DNA of 64,000 nt from Gordius albopunctatus (Eukaryota): positions 13,082,001 to 13,146,000 of the forward strand of contig OZ193909.1 of assembly GCA_964276515.1 (NCBI GenBank), given 5' to 3'. Both the position numbers and the translations under genes were made by a program. This document shows positions 26,980 through 38,329 of this stretch, in pieces. The notes beneath the pieces were generated by a model that did no database searches, was not told where the DNA came from, and saw nothing but the letters and a program-made list of their open reading frames with translations. The first letter of the stretch is position 1. Each line of letters opens with the position of its first letter.

Positions 26980-27558
26980 ATTTAAACCTATTAAATCCTT
27001 CATATTAAAAATTGGTAATAACTAAAAATTTATAACATTAGATTTTTTACAATGTATTTAATCCTATACTACAATATTCTACGCTATAACAACTAAAATA
27101 AACTCTTAAGGTATTCTGTTAATACACTTTGTATTTAAACCTATTAAATCCTTAAAATTAGCAGTTAATAACTCAACACTTCAAGTTATTAGATTTTATA
27201 TAATGTATTTAATCCTATGCTACAATAATCTACGCTCTAACATCCAATATAAACTTTTTAGGTATTCTGCTAACATATTTTATATTCAAGCCTATTAAAT
27301 TCTTCATATATAAAACTGGCAATTAGTAATAAATTCATATTATTAGATTTTATATGGCAGTTTAACCTTAATCGTATAAAACAATTTATTTATTTTTATA
27401 TACCTATGTTACAATACGTTAAGTTAGAACGTTTAATATAATCCTTTTTAGTATCATGTCAATTTTTTCACCCATATGATACATCATCATACATGTCATA
27501 CATTTAACTTTTATTTTGTCTCATTGAATTTTGGGCCCGATTCCTCGAATTCAATTAA

Positions 27559-28871
27559 ATGGGTTTTATTATTTTTTATCACAACCCCTTATCAACGAAA
27601 AATGAATTCAAATTAATTTTCGCTCATAACAGAGACGAGTATTTTGATAGGCCTTCACAATCTGCATCATTTTTGCAAAATAATTCCGAGATAATATGTG
27701 GTAATTCTATAATTTATCAAGAATCTTAAAACGGAAAAATTATTATTTAATCCATACTCTAAAAATCAGAAAAAAATGCTATGTAATGATTCGAATTTTT
27801 ATGTATTAAGGTAAAAATACATATTTTGTGAGGATTACTAAGATAAATTATTAAGTTTTAGATTAGAATGATTAATAAAGTCATATGGACAAATGGATTA
27901 ATTTTTATCAAATATTTAATGTATTTTTTATATAATTTAAATAAAATTTAATTTCTAAAGGAAGGGATTTGACCAAAAATGGAACATGGTTGGGAATTTG
28001 TAAAAAGACTGGTTGTTTAGCCACAGTGCTTAATATACCAAACACAAGGGGAGATTGTGATTTGAACTTAGAGAACACTAAGAGTCGGGGTTCATTATGT
28101 CTTAATTTTTTGGAAGATTCTAATTATTCCAATCGCCTATGTGATTTCAAAAATACTGTGAAAAAATATAGAAATTTAAGATTCACCCTATTACTCTTCA
28201 AAGATATCATTCAATATCCTCATATTTATTATTATAATAACTTACGCCGCGAAGAATTGTATAAACTAAATCCCGGCATATATGCCTTTGGTAACTCACA
28301 AGTTCCAGAGTCATCATTAAATACAGATACAGATAATATGGTAACAACTGCAAGTTGTGTTGAGCTTCCTCGATTGAAAAAATTGGCAAAGGGTAAAGAA
28401 ATATTTGCAAAGATTTTAGATGATTATAAAACTACTAATCTTACAATTGAGCAGTTATCTTCCCGTCTAATAAATGAATTATTACGTGATAAAACAAAGT
28501 AAACTTTTTCTATAATTTTAATAACATAAAATTTATTTAGCAAATATACATCCATGTTTTTTGCAACTCTCAAATTTAGAAATTCACCAGACCCTTCATA
28601 CGAATCAGAATGCATAGATTATGGTTTTGGTAGTGAAGAATTGTACCAAAAATCATCAATATTTGTTGAACCATTCAAACTTTCTTCAAAACCCAGGGCC
28701 TCACAAAAGAATCGTTGGTATGGGACCCGATGTATGAGTGTTATACTAGTTGATAGCAATAATGAAGTAACATTTACAGAATCATGTTTGGATATACCAA
28801 AAGACATTAATACCCTTACAGTTGTGCCTGACAAATGGACAACAACCAAACATTCTTTTAAATTGGGATAA
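27559..28871 (+). CDS. TANGO2: TANGO2/NRDE-family protein, copy 1 (Cys2Gly); exons 27559-27700, 27961-28498, 28580-28871 (alternative in-frame acceptor at 28541)
   Basis: MGFIIF...FAHNRDEYFDRP; GTWLG; SRG; PDP; YGTR...ILVD...VTFTE; GT-AG introns keep the frame. Confidence 0.88.
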
Positions 28872-29371
28872 TTTAATACTTTTAATTTTGTATTCTACTA
28901 AATCTATATTTTATTTCACTTTTTATAATTCTGAAGCAATAGGTTTATTTATTACAAAATGTCTTCTATTCTGTATGATATATAATGGACTATATTTTTA
29001 AAGGTCAAAATTTAGCCTATTTTGATCCACAATTCAATAATTTCATAAGATATTCTAAGTTTTATAAATATCTTATGGCTACCAATGTGTCTACTGCCCA
29101 ATATATAATTTGTTTTACAATCTATATGATATTTACCTTTAAATATGCACATCATGTTGGTATAACTATATTAGTGGTGATATAAATGGCCGAATGGTTA
29201 AAACTAACCCATCCTATTTTGGTAATAAAGTTTTAAAAGTATAAAAAAAAAGGTGTGAGTGCGCCAGTTATGCTAAATAAGGGGCTTAAAATTGCCCATG
29301 AGTGAGTGACTTAACGTCGATTAACATCATAACAAAATTCGAAATAGGAGGGGGGGTGATAACAACATAGG

Positions 29372-30231
29372 TTAAGAAGTATGAAGAGGGTCAATTAATT
29401 TGCTATTTAGGCGTTCTCTAAGTTTTCGTTCTTGTTCGGATTGTTGCATCCACAGGCGGTAGTAGTAATTATTTGCGGTCCCCCCAGACCCCAAGAGAGA
29501 GTAATGCGTACCCCGTTCAACTATACCACCCTGACCCATCACTAATATTTGGTCGGCATCCATTACAGTTGTCAACCTATGTGCTATGACGATGGAAGTC
29601 CTATTCATGGTAGCCTTGCTTAAAGAATCCTGTATGTTCTAAGGTTAAATAGATTGCTAATTTTGGTTAAGCCTATAGTAAGTTTGGCATTATATTATTG
29701 CGTTGCCCGCCATGGAATAAGTTATATATCTTAGCATGTAAAGTAAAGTAGTCTCACTTTTAACTAAAAATAGGCAAATATTTTAGGTGTCAACTTGCGA
29801 CGTTAAAATAGACATTATTTATACGACGCCAAGTAGTTTATTAATCTAGTAAGGGAATGTGACATAGCTCAATAACACCTTACCTAAAATTAACTATATT
29901 ACTAAAGTGAACTTTAACATACAATTAAACTATAAAAATTATCGAATCTTAAACATGCATAATGCAATCTATAAAGTGTTTATAACAAAATTGAAATGAC
30001 ACTCAAAAAGTATTTACCTCATTTGATGAGTCATCTTTAAACTAAAATTCAATTTGTTAAATTGTCTCAAGCAAATTACTTGGCCTAAATAAAATATGGA
30101 AAGATAGCACTATAAAAAGATTCTAACCTTTTCGGTTATGGCATCTAATGATGAAGTCGCCTCGTCGAACAAAAAGATGGATGGATTCTTTAAAATCACC
30201 CTCGCTATGGCTATCCTCTGCTTTTCACCAC
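29372..30231 (-). pseudogene. ABCB7: Last two exons (30231-30128, 29638-29372) of an ABCB7/ATM1-like ABC half transporter; 5'-truncated duplicate
   Basis: [41 protein letters not shown]...IAHRLTT; no upstream exons seen before the copy boundary. Confidence 0.8.
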
Positions 30232-31591
30232 CTACATATATATCAACAGCGTAACCTTAATTACCAAAGGTATACATTTAAATATTGAGATTTGCTCAAG
30301 AAAATTAAAGTAAGCACAGCATCATATCTCACTGATCTCAGCCTGTCTGGAGCTGACATGATACAAACTAGCAAAAATTTAAAAAAAAATATATTTTATT
30401 ATTAAAAAGCGGAAAAATATGATTAAATTTTATCCATAAATGTGTAACATGATATTTTTATTTAACGTATTGGCTTACATATTACTGAATAATTCATAAA
30501 CCAGCTGGAGCCCTACCCGCATCAAACTGACCATTTAAAAAATATGATTTAAAGAAACCTTTTATAAAAAATAGATATCCTCGAAGGTGTATAATTTAGT
30601 TTCCAAGCTCCAGGACCTCGCTCCTGTCTACAATAATATTTTAATCAAAATTGCAATTTCATTAAATATAAAGCCATAGTAGCTATTCGAATTCTAAAAA
30701 TAAAAAAGTAAATTTTTCAAAAAGCTCATTTACATTAAACTGTTAAATAATTTTTTTTACAAAATAGATTAGTGGGTTAATATTATTAGTTAATGAAATG
30801 TGAATTCTCTGTTTCGAACGCATCCTTGTTTCAAATTACGAATAATCACAATTAAATTTATTTTATACTAGCTGACCCAGCAAACGTTGTTTTGCTATAT
30901 ACATTATTTCTAGAAAATACTATAGGCGATGTGCATGCTCATCCTTATGCCTCGATCATATAATGAGATAATGAGCGATTAAAATATAATTGTCCTATGG
31001 GAAATAATTTACTAATTTAATGTAGGAAGAATTATTAACACGCTAAATGTAAACACAAAAAGCAAAGTACTTAACATCAAATTTTTTATTGCTTTGCTTT
31101 ACACATTTTGCCATATAAATATACTGTCAAATAAATTAATACATGCCTAAAGAATTATTTAATTTGTAATTTGCCACAGGTTTATTTTTTTATTAAAGGT
31201 GTAAAAAACTTTTTTTGACCCTACCGCAAAATCACGATTCTGGCAAATGGCCGTTTTCGGACTTCAATCAAAACCCCAACACCCCCCCTTGAAAATCTGT
31301 TTTATTTTTGCGCCTGAACATATTTTAGCGCGTCCAGCTTTTCACTTATTTCAGCAAACTACAATTCAGCTCCCATCTGCTTACAAACTTTAGGTATATC
31401 ATTGGCCGCCAACTGAGCTTTATTGCAATAGAGTCTCATTGTTATCATGTTTAGCTGATATATTGTGTAGTTTAAGCCAACAGGTACCATTATAGACGTA
31501 GCCCGACCCTCTACCCTCAATTTGCCCTCCGTTAATTTTTACTATTGCTTAAATTGTATAGGAAATCAATGTTCCTTTACGAAGAAGAGCC

Positions 31592-31873
31592 TGTAGAGGC
31601 TACGAATTTAATCGCACGCTACTTTCCCTTGACCCCGTCTAGGCAAATTATTATTCACGCACCCTAATAATAGCTCCTCGCTTATACTTTATCATCGCCT
31701 GACTTATTCAAATTATTATTCACGCACCCTAATCATAAAAGTGAATACATTTAAGTATTTGAATGTCTCGCAATTCACCTTATTATACACACAAATAACC
31801 TCGCAGAGATGTGTATATAAACGCGATGTTATTAAATAAAAGTATTCATTTATTTTTCCCTTAAAACTTAACA
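31592..31873 (+). repeat. 5' LTR
   Basis: One mismatch to 35851-36132 by eye; TATATAAA and AATAAA present; internal 25-bp direct repeat. Confidence 0.97.
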
Positions 31874-31875
31874 TT

Positions 31876-31885
31876 TGGTGACCCC
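31876..31885 (+). promoter_or_regulatory. Primer-binding site complementary to the tRNA-Trp 3' end
   Basis: TGGTGACCCC two bases after the 5' LTR. Confidence 0.85.
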
Positions 31886-31889
31886 TAAA

Positions 31890-32687
31890 ATGTCCACCCA
31901 ACCATCTGATATGGAGGTTAAAAGCGAAAATGCCACATATTTTAAACTGCCACAGTTTAACAATATAAATACCCGCTCATGGTTCACTCAAATAGAGGCT
32001 CTTTTCTTTGTTAGAAAGATAAAAAGCGAAACTACCAAGGCTGGGTACTTAATAGAAGCCTTGCCACTGGAAATAACTGTCGAAATTCAAGACATACTAC
32101 AAAATATGCCCGACATTTTACCCTATACAACCATTAAAGCCGCCATCATAGACCGCACAAGCCAATCCGATTCTGCTAGACTTCGTGCTCTTCTCACAAC
32201 TGTGGAATTAGGAGATCGTACCCCATCCCAGCTTCTGCGCTTCATGAAAAATCTTCTGGGAACGAATTCCATGGATGAACGAGTTCTTAAAGAACTTTGG
32301 ATAGAAAAACTTCCAAAAAACATGATCGGTATTTTGGCAATTGTTTCTGACGAGCAGCCCCTCTCCAAATTAGCCGAAACGGCAGACAAAATTGTAGAGA
32401 CCTACCACACCTCCACATGTTCTAGTGTAAATGTAGTCACGGAAAATGAATCGACTCGGCTTAGGGAGATGATTGCAAAACTCACCCAGGAGGTACAAAA
32501 TTTAAAAGTCTCAATCAATAGGCCACGTGATCGTTCCAACTCGAGACGCCGCAACCCCTCTACCGTTCGCCACCCTAGCTCGCATGTTCAACCAAATCTC
32601 GTTTGTTGGTACCATTACCGCTTTAAAGACAAGGCGCTCAAATGCGTGCAACCTTGCGCATTTAACCTCCCCGCAACAAACGAATAG
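31890..32687 (+). CDS. gag: Gag
   Basis: KLPQF...[21 protein letters not shown]-x2-H-x9-C-x3-C ([18 protein letters not shown]). Confidence 0.93.
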   Translation: MSTQPSDMEVKSENATYFKLPQFNNINTRSWFTQIEALFFVRKIKSETTKAGYLIEALPLEITVEIQDILQNMPDILPYTTIKAAIIDRTSQSDSARLRALLTTVELGDRTPSQLLRFMKNLLGTNSMDERVLKELWIEKLPKNMIGILAIVSDEQPLSKLAETADKIVETYHTSTCSSVNVVTENESTRLREMIAKLTQEVQNLKVSINRPRDRSNSRRRNPSTVRHPSSHVQPNLVCWYHYRFKDKALKCVQPCAFNLPATNE

Positions 32688-32698
32688 ACCACCCAGGG

Positions 32699-35600
32699 AT
32701 GGCGACGCCTGGACTTGGTCTAAAACTTAGTCGCTTATTTTACATTTTCGACAAATCCACGGGTCTACGATTCCTCATTGACACAGGCGCAGAGATTTCC
32801 ATTATTCCGCCTTCCCGAGACCATCCCTTGACTCCTTCCTATGTGCAACTCCAGGCCGCCAATTCTACCCCTATAAAAACATATGGCCAAAAGCTTTTCA
32901 CTTTGGACCTCGGCCTACGCAAAGAATTTAGATGGATTTTTACAATTGCAGACGTTAAACAGCCAATAATCGGAGCCGATTTTCTTAATCACTACCATCT
33001 GGTAGTTGATATAAAAAAGAAGCAGCTCTTCGATACCCAAACGACATTAACATCTGCAGGTAAGGCTACACTCGCGACGTCAATCAACATACAAGTTTGG
33101 ATAATTGGCACCTCTCCCATCAAATCACTACTTCAGAAGTATGCCTCCATAGTGTCCCCTTCTGATTATAAGGCTCAAGTAACTCACAGCACTCAACACC
33201 ACATCCACACCAACGGCCCTCCGGTTCACTCAAAACCAAGGAGACTTTTCCCGGACAAGCTTAAGATTGCCCGAGACGAATTTACTCACATGCTCGAACT
33301 TGGTATAATCCGTCCCTCTAACAGTGACTGGTCCTCACCCCTGCACATGGTACCCAAGAAGGCCGCGGGAGATTGGAGACCTTGTGGCGACTATCGCATG
33401 CTCAACAGTCGTACAATTCCCGATCGTTATCCCCTTCCACACCTCCATGACTTTGCGCTGACCCTTTGCAATAAAACGGTATTCTCAAAGATCGATTTAG
33501 TCAGGGCTTACCACCAAATTCCAATGGCCCCAGAGGATATTTCTAAAACCGCCATCACAACCCCGTTCGGTCTTTTTGAATTTCTTCGCATGCCATTTGG
33601 CCTTCGCAACGCTGCTCAGACGTTTCAACGCTTTATGGACCAAGTTTTTAGAGAACTTGACTTTGTTTTTGTTTACCTTGACGACGTTCTCATCGCGAGT
33701 TCTTCCATTAACGAACACCACAATCATATTAGACTGGTTTTTGAAAGACTCAAGACTTTCGGTATTAAAATCAGTCGGGATAAATGCGTATGGTGCCAAA
33801 ACGAAATTTTTTTTTGGGACACAAAATCACCCCTCAAGGTTTGTCACCCCTTCAGGACAAGGTGGAAGCAATCCTCAATTTCCCACAGCCTACCTCGATG
33901 ACTCAGTTGAGACGCTTCTTAGGGATGATTAATTTTTATAGACGTTTTATTCCAATGTGTGCCGAATTACTCAAACCTCTCACCGATATGCTCGACGGTT
34001 CAAAGAAGACAATATCCTGCACCCCGGAAGCTTCGACTGCTTTTAACAATGCCAAACTCGCTTTAAGCAATGTCGTGCCTCTTTATCATCTTCAAAAAGA
34101 CGCTAAATTCTCAATCACCACCGACGCCTCCAGCTCAGCCGTAGGAGCCGTATTACATCAAACAACTAACGATAAGACGCTGCCTTTAGTTTTTTTTTCC
34201 CAAAAGCTAACAAAAACTCAACAACGATATAGTGCATTCGGTCGCGAATTATTAGCAATATATTTAACAATCCGCCATTACCGCCATTTTTTAGAGGGTC
34301 ATGAATTCACTATTTATACAGACCACAAGCCACTAACTTATGCTTTCAGTACACCTATCGACAAATACTCCCCGCGGGAGATTAGACAGTTAGACTATAT
34401 TTCGCAATATTCTACCGATCTACAATATATAGCTGGCAAATCAAATGTAGTCGCTGACACCCTCTCAAGGTCTGAAATTGATTCCGTTGATTTTAAAGAC
34501 AGGCCTCTAGTTGAAAGGTTAGCTTTGGCTCAGATGGAAGAAAATTTGACATTTCAAGACCTAAAGTCTCTAAAAATAACGCAACTTCCTATACCGGGCT
34601 CTGATTTGACCGTGCAATGCGACATGTCCACAACCTCACCTCGACCACTCGTCCCAACTTCACTCAGACGCATAATTTTCGATAATTTCCACAACTTATC
34701 ACACCCTGGTACGCGTGCAACACTTAAGCTGATTACACGCCGATATGTTTGGCCCTCCATCAATATGGATGTAAGAAAATGGGCCAAATCATGCGTTGCT
34801 TGTCAAAAATCGAAAATTCATCGTCACATAAAGGCCCCTTTAGGTACATTTGCTGAACCAGACGCTCGATTTAGCCACATCCACGTCGATCTCGTTGGTC
34901 CACTACCACCGTCAAATGGATATACCCACTTACTCACGATTATTGACCGTTTCACACGATGGCCTGTCGCCATGCCGATCCATGACACCTCAGCCCAAAC
35001 GGTTGCAAAAGCTCTGATCAAGTATTGGATAGCTGACCTCGGAGTACCATCAAGCCTCACAACAGATAGAGGTCCCCAGTTTGAGTCCCAATTATTTCGG
35101 AATCTCACGCAACTTCTTGGTGTAAATCACATCACAACCACTGCCTATCACCCACAAGCTAATGGCATGATTGAGAGATTTCATCGACAGCTGAAAAGTT
35201 CCTTGATGGCACAAGGTGACACAACCAAATGGGATGAGCTCTTACCATTAATTTTGCTTGGCATTCGAACCACCATCAAGGAAGACTTAGGTTGCACTCC
35301 AGCCGAATTAGTTTATGGCACTACACTTAGACTTCCCGGCGAATTTTTCACGAACTCAAGTACACCTCACAACACCTCCGAATTTATTAAAGGCCTAAAA
35401 CAACATTTTTACCATTTGCCTTTTAAAAAGGTCAGGACACAATCGACAAATGCGGATACAACTTCACTTCTTAGGGAATGTAAATACGTTTTTATCCGTA
35501 ATGATTTCGTTCGAAAAAGTTTGGTGCCACCATATGACGGACCGTTCAGAGTAAAGTCCAAACATGCTAAATATTTCATTATTGAAAAAAACGGAAAAGC

Positions 35601-35817
35601 TGACTCAATTTCGATCGAGCGACTGAAACCTGCATATTTAGATACTTCAACTCAGACGTTTACGGATACCGAAAATTCAAATCCATCCAAATCTAGGCCT
35701 ACCGACAAAATCGCTGAACCAGCTAACTCCGACCCAGACCTAACAAAATCAAAAGAAAACCCATACATCACATCGAGAGGAAGGCACGTGCATTGGCGCT
35801 ATAAACTACTACACTAA
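32699..35817 (+). CDS. pol: Pol polyprotein (protease, RT, RNase H, integrase) with a 1-nt frameshift in the T9 run at 33807-33815
   Basis: DTGA; YLDD; TDAS/RELLA/TDH; HHCC; D,D,E (HVDLVG, TTDRG, MIER); PYDGPF. Confidence 0.93.
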
Positions 35818-35850
35818 CCACAACTCTCCGAGTGAAGGCCCGATGATAGT

Positions 35851-36132
35851 TGTAGAGGCTACGAATTTAATCGCACGCTACTTTCCCTTGACCCCGTCTA
35901 GGCAAATTATTATTCACGCACCCTAATAATAGCTCCTCGCTTATACTTTATCATCGCCTGACTTATTCAAATTATTATTCACGCACCCTAATCATAAAAG
36001 TGAATACATTTAAGTATTTGAATGTCTCGCAATTCACCTTATTATACACACAAATAACCTCGCAGAGATGTGTATATAAACGCGATGTTATTAAATAAAA
36101 GTATTCATTCATTTTTCCCTTAAAACTTAACA
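35851..36132 (+). repeat. 3' LTR
   Basis: Direct repeat of 31592-31873 followed by TSD AGCC. Confidence 0.97.
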
Positions 36133-36249
36133 AGCCTAATAAGGCCACACAAAGACAGCAAGTGGATGGGGTTTAAGGGGCAGAGCCCCTTGAGTAAGAT
36201 TTAGAGGGGCAGCCCCAACCGGGGTACAGGGGTGAAGCCCTTTGTTTGA

Positions 36250-36600
36250 ATCTTCTTCTTCTTTATCAGTTATTTGGTCCCACGGTCGTGGGGTTTATTT
36301 TGATAAGTTTCTTGCATCTTGACCGGGTGAGTGCCATGTCTTGACTACTCTTTCGTTTTCATAACTTTATCGCGTTGCCCGTTCCATGTGACACGGGGTC
36401 GTCCTCTTACTCTCTTGTCCGACACCTCCATGTCGAGTACTTTTCGATTTAGATCATTTGTGTCCCCCTTAGTATATGTTCATACCACCTTAACCGATTT
36501 TCGTCAATCATGTCCGCCATAGGTTGAATATTCATTTTTGTCATGAGAAAGTCATTCGTCATATGGTCAAGCTTAATTTACGCCACCCTTCCCTGGTGTT
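36250..36600 (-). mobile_element. RTE LINE 3' fragment inside the Helitron (second copy ~54329-54680)
   Basis: Minus-strand KRVRGRPRVTW motif and (GAA)n tail. Confidence 0.65.
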
Positions 36601-38329
36601 TATTGCGGATGCTTAATAATCAATTTTTAATTCCTTAAATAATTTATTATCATAATGTCAAGTTCGATAAAAAATAAGGTTTTTTTAGTCTCACTTTGTT
36701 GTTCACATGTATTCCATCTTTATTTAGTTATTTTAATAACCCACAGTCCAGGTTTAATATGATCCATAAAATGACCACTGTCTTACGTTAATTTGTATGA
36801 GTAGTACGGCCCCAGACGAAAAGCCATTTTTATTTTTGCCCCGAATCGAGCCCGGAGCAACATCATTAATCTCGCTTATTTCCGAAACATGCGAATATTC
36901 GCTAACTTCCTAAGCAAATCCTCCTTTTTGTTTAAAATATGCCTAGATATACAGCATTAAAAACTGAGATATTATGAGGGGTCGTAAAAAATCATTGCCC
37001 ACAAACCTTACTTTGGTCAATAAGCTATCAGTGTACTCAAATAATTCATAAAAACTTAAAGCAACCGGTAGGAGTTAGGGGCGGAGTCCTTCTTAGAGGT
37101 CCGAAGAACTGAGATATATCAACATTTATTGGCACTTTGTTAAAAGTATTTTCATTTTTCTCCTTATTTAACGCGCAAAAATGACAAAATTAGATTTTTT
37201 AATTTATTTAGCCACGCAGGAGGGGACACGACCGTCCTATAATAATAATTGACGTGAAAAATAAGCAAAAAAATGACTTTGATATTTAATGTTTCAAATC
37301 GTAAAAAGTTTCCATTTTCCGCAACACATGCCTACTGCATTTATCACACTACCTACACCATAGATACGCAGTATATGTCATGAGGTGGCGTTTGAGTGAC
37401 ATTTTAGTAAACGTCAAAACGTCTAAAACTAAATAACATGATTGTCTTATGACTTAGAAATTTGGAATATAGTCAAAAACCTAGGCTCAGACCTACCAAG
37501 CATTCGCAGAAATTTCCATCTAAATCGGTCCAGCCGTTTCGGAGGAGTTTAACCACCCACACCGTGACACGTGAATTTTATATATTAGATGATAAAATAA
37601 TTTTCAAATGTAAAATTTGCCCAAAAAGTTTTTATTTAAGAAATCGGGCCGAGGCTGGGTTGGGCCAAAATAAAGCATTCGGGCTTGGGCCGAATAAATT
37701 CCATTTTCCATGGCTCTAGCCATAATAAATACCTTTTAAATATTATTATTATTTATGGTCAAACTACGGTTTTGTCATAATAAGGCTTATTGCTCCTTTC
37801 AATTTAACGTTTCTCGTTTACAGGAATTATTTTAAAATTACCGTCTCAAAGCAGTGCATTCCATTTTTAAAAGCTTTAATCGCAATAAATCAAAATTATT
37901 CTTATCCCCAACTTTCTTACATACCAAACAATTGCCAATTAAATTATTTTATACCTTTCAATTTTAAAGCCATCTGTTTACGTTGAGTTTTAACTAATTA
38001 ATAATCCTATATTCATTACTATCGATACAGAAAAAAATACTGAATATAGCCCAAGCCTGACAAAATTTTTAATAACTATAAAGATAATCAATATTTATAA
38101 TCAGATTAACAAATTTAATATAAAATATACCTGCATAAATTACTATTTTTTAAATCAAAAATTATTTAAATAAATATAAAGTATTTGATAAATTTTTCTG
38201 AACTGACCTTATGGGGTTAGAAGAGCTCCTAAAATTTATATATAAAAACTCGGGCCTTCGACCCTCGTGGGAAGGGGTGATGGGAAGGGGGGAAGGGAAG
38301 GGGGAACGAAACTCATCTATACTCCGTAT

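Larger units (their letters stand above)
31592..36132 (+). mobile_element. Full-length Ty3/Gypsy LTR retrotransposon, CsRn1-like clade
   Basis: 282-bp TG...CA LTRs; 4-bp TSD AGCC; tRNA-Trp PBS; CHCC gag motif; PR-RT-RH-IN order; empty site at ~54212. Confidence 0.97.
30868..37589 (-). mobile_element. Non-autonomous Helitron (2177 bp without the nested Gypsy)
   Basis: Minus strand A|TCTAATATATAAAATTC start; 3' hairpin GCAAAACAACGTTTGC and CTAG|T end; uninterrupted copy at 53492-55668. Confidence 0.87.
24519..38022 (+). repeat. Segmental duplication, copy 1
   Basis: 24519-25246 matches 38024-39238 (one internal deletion); 25247-38022 matches 47873-56101 apart from the Gypsy insertion. Confidence 0.93.

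Noticed and set aside
27559..28871. Bacterial NRDE gene by contamination or recent horizontal transfer
   Set aside because: It has spliceosomal introns, host-like AT content and animal-TANGO2-like motifs
28207..29185. Short ORFs antisense to or downstream of TANGO2, seen three times
   Set aside because: Their recurrence only reflects the recent duplication; no independent coding evidence
35640..35850. env gene or chromodomain in the Gypsy element
   Set aside because: Only a low-complexity integrase tail and 33 nt precede the LTR
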